From Octopus vulgaris (lineage: Eukaryota): 64,000 nucleotides of DNA. Location of the stretch: assembly GCA_951406725.2 (NCBI GenBank), contig OX597817.1, positions 160,022,001-160,086,000 on the forward strand, written 5' to 3'. Positions 52,571 to 64,000 of the stretch are shown here, piece after piece (the stretch's first letter is position 1; each line of letters starts with the position of its first letter). Both the position numbers and the translations under genes were made by a program. The notes under the pieces were generated by a model. That model did not search any database, was not told the origin of the DNA, and worked only from the letters and a program-made list of their open reading frames with translations.

Positions 52571-52922
52571 TATATATAATTATGTATAGAGTGTTAGAAG
52601 TGGTGTACAGATATTGAATATTGAGAGAAAGGGAGGAAAAAGAATTTTTTTTATCTTGTCATTACTTATTAACGCTTTTGTTCAAACTTGTCAAATAAAA
52701 CAGTGAATGTTCAAGCAGGTTGTTCATTTATATAAACGAGGTGTTTTTTTTTGTTTTGTTTAGAAGAGGAGAACGTTGTTTTTTTTTGGGTTTTTTTTTG
52801 GGGGGGGGGGGATGTTCCAGGATAATGGAGATGATAAATAGATTGACAGATAGATAGATAGATAGGTATGTACATAGGTAGGCAGGTAGGTAGATAGATA
52901 GATAGATAGATAGATAGATATG

Positions 52923-53496
52923 TTTCTTTATTAGCCACACAGGGCTGTACACAGACAGAACAAATTACAAGGTAGAGCTTTTTTTGGGGGGGGGGGGGTA
53001 AAAAAAAGGGGGTTGGTTTTCGATCAAAAGGGATCATAAAAGGAAAGAAAGAGGACAAAAAAAGGGGAGGATCTTTAAAAAAAGGGGGAGAGGGAAAAAA
53101 AAGAAAAGGGGAGAGGAAAAAAAAAGTTGATCAATAGGGATCATAATCACAGAAATGTCAATATGAAGTGTAAAGGGGAGGACAGGTGAGGTTTACCCGT
53201 GGAAAGAAAAGCCTACGGAAAAGACCACGGTAACCTCGGTCAATGAAGTCACATGTTATATTTTTTTTTTTTTTTTTGCAAATAAGCAACTCTCTGTATT
53301 AATTTTTGCGGTTCATAGAATCATAGTCAAGGTGGCTTCGTCATTCATACGTGCCATCCTTGCTACATTCACCCATCTTTTTTTAAAATATTCACTAGAC
53401 AAAACTTACCTCTCTACTCTCACTTTCCTCTTCAAGTGATACTTGAAGAAGTTGATGAGAGATTGACCAGAGAGGAAAGTGTTTGTCTCTAATCCT
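52923..53496 (-). mobile_element. L1/Tx1-like LINE 3' end inside a (GATA)n microsatellite
   Basis: Minus strand GLETNTFLSGQSLINFFKYHLKRKVRVER*VLSSEYFKKRW...IL*, then a T/C-rich UTR ending AATAAAGAAA. GATA tracts on both sides. Confidence 0.65.
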
Positions 53497-53572
<76 letters not shown>

Positions 53573-53758
53573 CAGACAGATAGATAGGTAGAGAGAAGGA
53601 GGGGAGGGATTTCTTTTCAATTTGGAATATTTTTTTTACCATTTATTTATTTAGTTAGTTTTTTTTTACCATTGTATAGCTACTGGCATACACTCACATA
53701 AAGGTATATATAGGTTTGTGCCTTTTTCTCTGAGTGTGTGTGTTTGTGTGTGTGTGTT

Positions 53759-53793
<35 letters not shown>

Positions 53794-54545
53794 ATAACAA
53801 GCAAATTAGCTGAGAGTTGAAAGGAGTAACTATACAGAAAAGTAATGTTTTATTGCTACTTCAACGTGGCTGTTCTATAGGAACCGATGTTACTACGATT
53901 TTAACCCCAGGAGGACGCCACCTCTTGCTGGTTAATCGATGCAATCTGCACCTGATATATATTGCAAGCAGGGGAGTGAACTCCTACCATCTTCCAATGA
54001 TGGGGTCCCCACCAGATCACGTGGTTTCAAGCTCTTTCTGTTCATCCGCAAGGGATAACAGTGGTTCACTCCAGCTTGCAATATATAGAAAAATAAGTGA
54101 CAACCAGTTACTAATCTTGCAACAAGTAAATTAGCTAATTAGAATATATCATGGACATGCTGTTTAGGTAGGCAAGGTAGGCAGTGCCTACCTTGAATAA
54201 AATAAATCGATAGCAACATTTTCCTTTTATGGCAAAATATGCACCTAATTCAATAAAATTATGAAGGTTACTATGCGTAAAATGCAAAATATTTAATTTT
54301 TTTTTGTAGATTAAGTAGGCATAATTTGCCCCTGCCTTTCAATTTCTGTATTGAAGCTACACATAGTACTGCTGTAGTACATGTGCTGTGTACACTCCTA
54401 CAACACCATTTTCTTTATATATTATAAAGGCAGAAGCAAATCTGCCTTCAACTCACTCACGCGCCTGTATTTTGCTTTTTTTTTGTTTTATTACATAAAG
54501 GTCACCAACTGCCTTCCCTGAGTAATTACCGATGGCATGTGCCTG

Positions 54546-54608
<63 letters not shown>

Positions 54609-54639
54609 TGTATGTATTGGCCACAAATACTGTGAGGGA

Positions 54640-55560
54640 TTGAGCATATAAGTAGGGGGTTAACCAAGGTTCTATTATCAGCCCACTCTTATTCATTATA
54701 GTCCTCCAAGCAATAACAGAGGAATTCAAAACTGGATGCCCGTGGGAACTACTGTAGCAGAACTGGAGAAGAAAAGCCAGGTATGGAAGTGAAACCTAGA
54801 ATCAAAATGCCTTAAATTTAACCTTGCAAAGACCAAAGTTGTTATAAGCAAGAAAGAAGATAGAACTTCCTTTCAACAGGTAAATGGCCCTGCTCAATAT
54901 GAAGGAAAGGAGTTGGAAGAAATTCCATTTGCTGCACCCAGTGTAAGCTATAGACACATAAGAGGTGCAGTGGAATCACAGGTAGATTAACAGATAAAGG
55001 TTGTCTGTGTATGTGGCAGATGTGCAGGAACTATAAGCACTAAGAGCACACAGGGCTTAGATTCTCTCAAATGCCCAGGAGGCTCTCTTGAGGTTGTAGA
55101 TAGTTTCTGTTACCTAGGTGATCAAATTAGTAAGGTTGGAGGATGCTCTGAAAGTATTGTTTCTAAAGAATAGGACAGAGGAAGTTCAGAGAGCTACTAC
55201 CTCTGTTGGCAACAAAAGGACTATCTTTCAGAGTGAAAAGTAGACTGTATGATGCTTGTGTGCAAATGGTTATACTCCATGGTAGTGAGACATGGGCTCT
55301 GAATGCAGAATACATGTGTAGACTGGAGAGAAATGAAGATAGTATGCTCTATTGGATGTGCAACATCAGTGCACATGTACAATGAAGTGCAAATGTATAG
55401 AGAGAAAAGTTGAGCATAAGAGGAATCTAATGTAGCATGCAAGAGAGAAGACTACATTGGTTTGGACATGTGATGCGTATGAATGAGGACAGCTGTATAA
55501 AGAAATGCTGATTACTGAAAGTGGAGGGTATCTGTGGAAAAGGGTGACCCAGGAAGACAT
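54640..55560 (+). pseudogene. Degenerate RTE-clade LINE reverse transcriptase with an internal Cys/His cluster
   Basis: QGSIISPLLFIIVLQAITEEFKTGCPWELL, NLAKTKV, WPCSI*RKGVGRNSICCTQCKL*THKRC, VDSFCYLGD, LHGSETW, RRLHWFGHVMRM. Many stops. Confidence 0.85.
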
Positions 55561-56236
55561 CTCCTCTTTCATGCACTATGCTTATCTCTCACTTCCCAAT
55601 CCTGTCTTCATGGCCCTGTTCACTGTATCATCGCTGTCCAGTAACTCCTATCACCTAGATACCCAGATTTTCACCACTCACTACATTCCTCTTCCCCACA
55701 CTCTACTCATGCTTCTTTGGTAATGCCCTGCCACTTATATATGACCTCCATGCATCAAGGGTATACCATGATATCTGCCACCATCTCTCTCTCTTTCTCC
55801 TGTCATTCAAGCAATCTATTTATATTCTGATAGCTTGACCATCCCACTTTTATTCTGATCCCATCCTTTGTGAGTATGACCAGCATTTTCCTACCATCTC
55901 TATCTTGCTCTCTCTTGCACTCCTGCTGTCTCCCACACTCTCTCCTTCTCCTGCTATTCCCTCAGGTTGGGTAACCATATATCTCTTTTACAGCAGCGCA
56001 CCTCTTTCTGTCCTCATTCTCTCTCTCTCTCACACACACTCTCTCTCCCCCTCTCTCTGGATAACCATGCACCTCTCCTACAACAAGACACCTGTTGCTG
56101 ACTCTCTGCCTCATCTAACACAAGATCCCCTCTCAAAGGATTTTTGTCTTGCAAGCCACTTGGTGAACCTGCCAGTGCTGGTAGCACTTAAAAAGCGTCC
56201 AGTCCACACTGTAAAGTGGTTGGCATTAGGAAAGGC

Positions 56237-56369
56237 ATCTTTCGTCACACATCTGTGACACCTTTCATTTCCATATGTGTTCTTGCTCCACTTTCTCCAT
56301 TTGCTAAGTTACAAGGATGTAAACACAGCGACATCAGTTGCCAAGCAATGGTGGCAGGGACAAACTCAG

Positions 56370-56449
<80 letters not shown>

Positions 56450-56565
56450 GATGGCTTGAGGCTATAGTAGAACACACTTGCCCAAGAGAATGGAGTAAGT
56501 GGAGCAAGAACACACACGGAAACGAAAAGTGTCGCTGAAGAGGTCACAGATGTGTGACGGAAGAT
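56237..56565. repeat. ~65-77-bp inverted repeat enclosing a SINE A fragment
   Basis: 56237-56301 is the reverse complement of 56489-56565, apart from a ~12-bp indel and a few substitutions. Confidence 0.85.
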
Positions 56566-57005
56566 TTCTGGACAATGGACAGTCGTTAATAAAATAACAT
56601 CAATAGACGAGTGAAGAAAAATAAAAAAAAATGGCTCATGTGTTTATTTCTCAGAAAAAAAAAGATAATAAATAAAATGACCATCCTGAAGTGCAACAAT
56701 ATATACTGGAGTTCTTCACTAATCTAAATAATATTGGTTAGCCTGGTGTGCCAACAGAGACTTTATAAAGCATTTTGCCCTGATTGATAATCCTTCGCTA
56801 TCAGCTATATCATCATCATCATCATCATCATTGTTTAACACCCGTCTTCCATGCATGCATGGGTAGAAAGATTGACAGGAGTCAGCCAGGTGGAATACCA
56901 CCCCAGGCTACTGTGTCTGTTTTGGCAAGGTTTTCCTAACACCAAACCACTCTGCAGAGTGGACTTGGTGCTTCTGTGTGTGTGTGTGTTGCAACACTTT
57001 CACAT

Positions 57006-57495
57006 GTAATGACATGCATAAGATCTGGTCTTCAAATCTAAGTAGAGACTTCAAACTTGAAATCTTCAAAGCCACAGTCGAACCAATTCTACTATATGGC
57101 TCAGAAACCTGGACGTTATCAAAGAAGCTTGAGAGGCGGTTGGATGGAACCTACACTCGCCTCCTTATGAGAGCTCAAAATCTCTTGTGGAAGCGCCATC
57201 CAACCAAAATGCAAATATATGGGAAACTAGCACCTGTGTCATCTCTTGTGAAAGGTAGGAGAGTCCAGTTTGCTGGACATTGTTGTAGAGCTGAAAAAGA
57301 AGTAATTTCTACTCTTCTCCTCTGGAAGCCATCTACTCACAATACCAGAGGGCGCACACTCTCCTACCCTGATGTAATCTCCAGGGATACAGGCATCCAG
57401 CAACAGGACCTCCGTAATGCCATGATGGACCGTGAAGTCTGGCGTAGCATGGTAAATTCCATTGTCTCGACCACGGTCGAACAATGATGATGATG
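57006..57495 (+). mobile_element. 5'-truncated RTE-clade LINE with an intact C-terminal frame
   Basis: KIWSSNLSRDFKLEIFKATVEPILLYGSETWTL...RRVQFAGHC...AMMDREVWR...EQ* with a (TGA)n tail. Flanked by a direct duplication at 56807-57005 and 57496-57715. Confidence 0.9.
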
Positions 57496-58319
57496 ATATC
57501 ATCATCATCATCATCATCATTGTCTAACACCCGTCTTCCATGCATGCATGGGTAGAAAGATTGACAGGAGTCAGCCAGGTGGAATACCAGCCCAGGCTAC
57601 TGTGTCTGTTTTGGCAAGGTTTTCACGGCTGGATGCCCTTCCTAACACCAAACCACTCTGCAGAGTGGACTCGGTGCTTCTGTGTGTGTGTGTGTGTGTT
57701 GAAACACTTTCACATACACGTATATACACATACATATAAACGATGATGATGATGATGATGATGATGATATACATAAATATAGTGATTATGCATGTTCCTA
57801 CATCATCATCATCATCATCATTTAACGTCCGCTTTCCGTGCTGGCATGAGTTGGACGGTTCAACTGGGGTCTGGGAAGCCAGAAGGCTGCACCAGGCCCA
57901 GTCTGATCTGGCAGTGTTTCTACAGCTGGATGCCCTTCCTAACGCCAACCACTCCGTGAGTGCAGTGGGTGCTTTTTACGTGCCACCGGCACATTTACGT
58001 GCCACTGGCACATGTATATATATATGTATATATTTATGTATATATATATGTATATATTTATGCTTGCGTACTGATATTTATGTCAAACTTAAACACTTTC
58101 ATAAACATGTAAAACAGTATATATATCCATGAACATACACAAACACACACATACACACAGTGTAGTTGAATAAGCCATCAAATAAGTGCTTGACGTCCCA
58201 GTGAACATGAAGTTCATACGTTTTACTTTAATTTTTGAGTGCCCCCCCCCTCCGTCAGTTAATTTCGCTGTTGTTATTCTTAATCTAGCTTTAAAATTAT
58301 AATCTCTTTTGAGCTCGTG

Positions 58320-59819
58320 CACACACACACACAGACACACACACACTATCCCACTCTCTCTCTCACACGCACACAGACTTATACTCACGCTCACACACAC
58401 CCTCATAGTCTCCCTCTCGCACACTCACTCATAAATTCACTCTCACACACATACACACGCGCACACAAACATGCTCCCAAACACACGCTCACTCACAAAC
58501 CCACGAATACACACATTATACTTACACTCACTCGCACACATGCACACGCATAGTTACACATACACACAAACAATTTGCACTCACATTCGCGCTCACACAC
58601 ACACACACACACACGCGCGCACGCACACAAACTTATACTCACACACACCCTCATAGTCTCTCGCACACTCACTCATAATTTCACTCACACATACTCTCTT
58701 TTACTTGTTTCAGTCATTTGACTGCGGCCATCCTGGAGCACCACCTTTTAGTACTTATTCTATCGGTCTCTTTTTGCCGAACCGCTAAGTGACGGGGACG
58801 TAAACACACCAGCATCGGTTGTCAAGCAATGCTAGGGGGACAAACACACACACAAACACACACACACATATATATATATATATACATATATACGACAGGC
58901 TTCTTTCAGTTTCCGTCTACCAAATCCACTCACAAGGCATTGGTCGGCCCGGGGCTATAGCAGAAGACACTTGCCCAAGATGCCACGCAGTGGGACTGAA
59001 CCCGCAACCGTGTGGTTGGTTAGCAAGCTACTTACCACACAGCCACTCCTGCGCCTATACATACATACATACATACATACATACATACATACATACATAC
59101 ATACGCATGCGCACACAAACATACACCCAAACCCACGCATACACACATTATACTTACACTCACTCGCACACATGCACGCGCATAACTACACATACACACA
59201 AACCTATACTCACACACACCCTCATACTCTCTCGCACAAACACTCACTCATAATTTCATTCACACACACATACACACAAGCAATACTCCCAAACACACTT
59301 ACATTATATTTACAATCACTCGCGCACATGCACGCTCATAATTACACATACACACAAACAATTGCACTCACACACGCTATCCCCACTCTCTCTCACACAC
59401 ACGCGCAGGCACACAAACTTATACTCACACACACCCTCATACTCTCTGGCACACTCACTCATAATTTCACTCACACACATACATACGCGCACACAAACAT
59501 ACTCCCAAACACACGCATACACACATTATATTTACAATCACTCGCACACATGCACACGCATAACTACAAATACACATACAAACAATTTCACTCACACTCG
59601 CGCTTACACACACACACACACACACGCTATCCCACTCTCTCTCTCACACACACTCTCATACTCTCCCGCACACTCACACAAACACTCACTCATAATTTCA
59701 CTCACACACAAACATATCCCCAAACACACGCATACACACTTACATTATACTTACACTCATTCACACACATGCACACGCATAATTACACATACACATACAA
59801 ACAATTTGCACTCACACAA
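58320..59819. repeat. Degenerate CA-rich satellite with ~200-bp higher-order duplications, containing a SINE A (58695-59057, minus strand)
   Basis: Block ACATTATA(C/T)TTACA...CACTCGCACACATGCAC recurs at ~58511, 59144, 59300, 59522 and 59740. Confidence 0.8.
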
Positions 59820-60600
59820 CCTATTTCTTTATTACCCACAAGGGGCTAAACACAGAGGGGACAAACAAGGACAGACATAGGTATTAAGTCGATTACATCG
59901 ACCCCAGTGCGTAACTGGTACTTAATTTATCGACCCCGAAAGGATGAAAGGCAAAGTCGACCTCGGCGGAATTTGAACACACAACGTAACGCAGACGAAA
60001 TACCTATTTCTTTATTACCCACAAGGGGCTAAACACAGAGGGGACAAACAAGGACAGACATAGGTATTAAGTCGATTACATCGACCCCAGTGCGTAACTG
60101 GTACTTAATTTATCAACCCCGAAAGGATGAAAGGCAAAGTCGACCTCGGCGGAATTTGAACACAGAACGTAACGCAGACGAAATACCTATTTCTTTATTA
60201 CCCACAAGGGGCTAAACACAGAGGGGACAAACAAGGACAGACATAGGTATTAAGTCGATTACATCGACCCCAGTGCGTAACTGGTACTTAATTTATCGAC
60301 CCCGAAAGGATGAAAGGCAAAGTCGACCTCGGCGGAATTTGAACACACAACGTAACGCAGACGAAATACCTATTTCTTTATTACCCACAAGGGGCTAAAC
60401 ACAGAGGGGACAAACAAGGACAGACATAGGTATTAAGTCGATTACATCGACCCCAGTGCGTAACTGGTACTTAATTTATCAACCCCGAAAGGATGAAAGG
60501 CAAAGTCGACCTCGGCGGAATTTGAACTCAGGACGTAGCGGCAGACGAAATACCGCTAAGCATTTCGCCCGGCGTGCTAACGTTTCTGCCAGCTCGCCGC
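59820..60600 (-). mobile_element. Family B SINE with four tandem 183-bp 3' units
   Basis: CCTATTTCTTTATTACCC starts at 59820, 60003, 60186 and 60369. Single head at ~60552-60600. Confidence 0.93.
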
Positions 60601-60993
60601 CTCACACTCACACTCACACTCGCGCTCATACTCACACACATACTCGGGGTGTATGCTCGTATGTAGGTGCGTACGGATGCACGTATATAGGTCGAAATAC
60701 ACGTGCAATACAAATACATACGTACACACGGTTTACTCCAGTTTAAAAACTGTAACATCTGCTGCAGCGACAGCAACAGCAGCAGCAGTAGTAGTGGGCA
60801 CAGGGTGAACAATAGAGCAGCAGCAACGGCAGCAAAGGCAGCAGCCGCATCAGTGGCAACAACAAGGACAAAAGCAGCAGCAACAACATCAACACCAACA
60901 TGAGAAACGACCATAAGAGTAGTAGTAGCAACAGCAGGAGTGGTGACAATAGGGACATTAACAAGAACAGCAACAACAACAACAAACAAGGCC

Positions 60994-61024
<31 letters not shown>

Positions 61025-61236
61025 ACAACTTGTGTAGCAACAACAACAACATCAATTAACAACAATAACAATTATAGGCTCAAAGAAGGAAGGGGGAGGT
61101 GGGGGGGGTATGAGGGAGTCCCCTGTACACAGAGTCATCCAAGCTGCTAGAGATAGCAGTCAAGTGTCCTTTAAATCACACTAGCTTGTTATTGTCTTTC
61201 TCTTCTGAAATAAGGAATAAAGAAACAAAGTGTGTA

Positions 61237-61321
<85 letters not shown>

Positions 61322-61326
61322 CTATC

Positions 61327-61359
<33 letters not shown>

Positions 61360-61404
61360 TTGTATGTATGTATGTATGTATATATATACATATATATCTA
61401 TATA

Positions 61405-61453
<49 letters not shown>

Positions 61454-61499
61454 AGTATATATATCTCTCTCTATATATATATCTTTAAAAAATATTTTT

Positions 61500-61687
61500 G
61501 CTCGTTTCAGTCATTTGACTGCGGCCATGCTGGAGCGCCGCCTTTAGTCGAGCAAATCGACCCCAGGACTTATTCTTTGCAAACCTATAAGCCTAGTACT
61601 TATTCTATCGGTCATTTTTGCCGAAGCGCCAGGTTACGGGGACGTAAACACACCACCATCGGTTGTCAAGCGATGTTGTCGGGACAA

Positions 61688-61718
<31 letters not shown>

Positions 61719-61892
61719 CACATATATATGATGGGCTTCTTTCAGTTTCCGTCTACCAAATCCACTCACAAGGCTTTGGTTGGCCCAAGGCTATAGTAGA
61801 AGACACTTGCCCAAGGTGCCACGCAGTGGGATTGAACCCTGAGCCATGTCGTTGGTAAGCAACTACTTACCACGCAGCCACTCCTACGCCTA
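61500..61892 (-). mobile_element. SINE family A, full length
   Basis: Complete family A sequence on the minus strand. Confidence 0.9.
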
Positions 61893-62144
61893 TTTAAAAG
61901 ACGGGATGGTCACAGATGGAATGCTTTTTATGGTTTTATATCATTGGGTTTTGCTTGACCAATGGTTAAACAACACATAAGGCAGCAACACCAATTAAAA
62001 CAATAGCACTGAGCCCAAGCCGTGAGAGGGAGTCTTTTCACCATTCACCCAAGCTGCTAGAAATAGCAGTCAAATGTCCTTTAAATCATTTACCTATCTT
62101 CTCTTCTGAAATAAGGTGTAAAGAAGCATTCTCTGTATATATTT

Positions 62145-62377
62145 GTTTTTGTTTTTGTTTGTTTTTCCAGTTTCAGCTCTTGAGCTGTGGCCATGCTGGG
62201 GCACCGCCATTGTGGTGAAAGAGTACAGCAGGGATCACCACCCCCTGCCGGAGCCTCGTAGAGCTTTTTTTAGGTGTTTTCGCTCAATAAACACACACAA
62301 CGCCCGGTCTGAGAATCGAAACCGCGATCCTGCGACCGCGAGTCCGCTGCCCTAACCACTAGGCCATTGCGCCTCTA
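62145..62377 (-). mobile_element. SINE family D, almost identical to 7722-7951
   Basis: By eye it differs only by three extra T in GAGCTTTT and in tail length. Confidence 0.9.
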
Positions 62378-62380
62378 CAA

Positions 62381-62429
<49 letters not shown>

Positions 62430-62738
62430 TCTTTTATTTTTTTACTTCAGTCATTTGACTGCGGTCATGCTGGAGCAACGCCTTAAAGGGTTTTTATTTG
62501 AAGAAATTGACCTCAGGCCTCATTTTTTGTAAGGCTAGTATTTATTCTATCAGTGTCTTTTGCCAAACTGCTAAGTTACGAGGACGTAAACACACCAACA
62601 TCGGTTTTCAGGCGATGGTAGGAGGGACAAACAGACACACACATAAATATATACATATTCTTTTATTCTTTTACATGTTTCAGCCATACTGGAGCACACC
62701 CCAGGACATATTCTTTGTAAGCCAGGTATTTATTCTAT

Positions 62739-62739
<1 letters not shown>

Positions 62740-62803
<64 letters not shown>

Positions 62804-63420
62804 GCTGCTGCTGCTACTGCTGCTGCTGCTACTATTACTGCTTGCCTTAACACCCACGACCACCACATCAACCATGACCATCCTCACTTCTATTCAGGGT
62901 ATCAACATCTACTATAACATGAGTTATAAAATGGTAACCACTACCCTCACAGCCACACCCACCACAAAACACCACTTTTATAAGCTATCATTACCACTAC
63001 TACCACCAACACCACCACCACTACCACCACCACCACCACCACCAACATTTTCAATGTGGATGCCAACACCAATGCTACTGCCACCACTGTTATCAACACT
63101 ACCACTACTGCCACCAGTACCAGCACCAACACTGCCATTAACACCACTAACACCACTAGTGCCAACACAACTATTATTACTAGCACCACTACCACAACCA
63201 CCACCACTACAACTAGTACTACCAACAGCACACACACACACACACACACTACTACCACTGCTGTTACCACCCACACGACCACTACTACAACCACCAACAA
63301 CACCACTAACCACAGCAAACACCACCACCACCACTGCCTTTAGAATATAAATGACCCCAGAATAACCACAACCTGACCCAAACATACCGCCATCCCCATC
63401 ACCACCACCACCATCATTAT
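62740..63420. repeat. ACT/ACC/GCT trinucleotide low-complexity region
   Basis: Direct reading of the sequence. Gives Thr-, Pro- and Val-rich artefact ORFs. Confidence 0.85.
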
Positions 63421-64000
63421 CACAAGAATCAACAATACCTACAACCACTGAGATTGCTAGAGATAGTACCCAAATCTCCCTCAAAACCACACTCTACTAT
63501 ATTGGAAAGGAATACATTGGATAAGGTGGTCCTGAGTTCCCTTGCATATATGAAAATGACAAGAGTGGTCATGGTTGGATTGTCTTCGGTTTGCTCATTC
63601 AGGGCTGACCTGGAGCTTAACAACCATAACAAACACCACCCACAATTAACATTAACACCCACCACCACCACCACCAAAACCAGGACCACAACAACAGCAA
63701 CAATGACAATAGCAGCCACCATCACAACAACTACCACCACAACAATAACAGAAGTAGTAGCAGTACTGGTAATTTCTACCCCCTTCAAACCCCATCCTGA
63801 CCCCCCCCCCCCCCTCCCAACCAACAACAACAATAGAGATAGTGTGAGCAGTGACAACATGTCCACTATCACCACCACCACCACAACCACCACAACCACC
63901 ACCTTCACCATGCAATGACAATAAGTCCAGAAGTACCAGCACCCCAACAAGGACACACACACACATTCATACACCTACTCATACACACACTCACACACAC

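Overview
AT-rich eukaryotic DNA, intronic or intergenic, dense in microsatellites and transposons. The SINE families and repeat landscape point to a coleoid cephalopod, probably Octopus (inference). No intact protein-coding gene is visible. Most ORFs in the track are simple-repeat or SINE artefacts. One 60-nt candidate exon lies at 14414-14473. Contents: at least four tRNA-head SINE families, a GAT-tailed RTE-linked element, a full-length dead mariner (16088-17378), three Tc2-like MITEs, maT (DD37D) fragments, a Helentron-like element, LINE relics of the RTE, Dong/R4, Vingi-like, CR1-like and Tx1-like types, and tandem arrays with 26, 32, 62/63, 82, 183 and 265 bp units. Most notable: (1) a near-canonical minimal type I hammerhead ribozyme at 856-926, plus variant hammerhead-like motifs in short Penelope/retrozyme-like inserts; (2) an RTE insertion flanked by a ~200-bp direct duplication; (3) (TAA)n insertion hubs with Dong/R4 fragments and a ~550-bp non-coding TAA-associated element; (4) a SINE whose 3' tail matches a Tx1-like LINE in the same window. 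All calls were made by eye, so family names and element boundaries are approximate.
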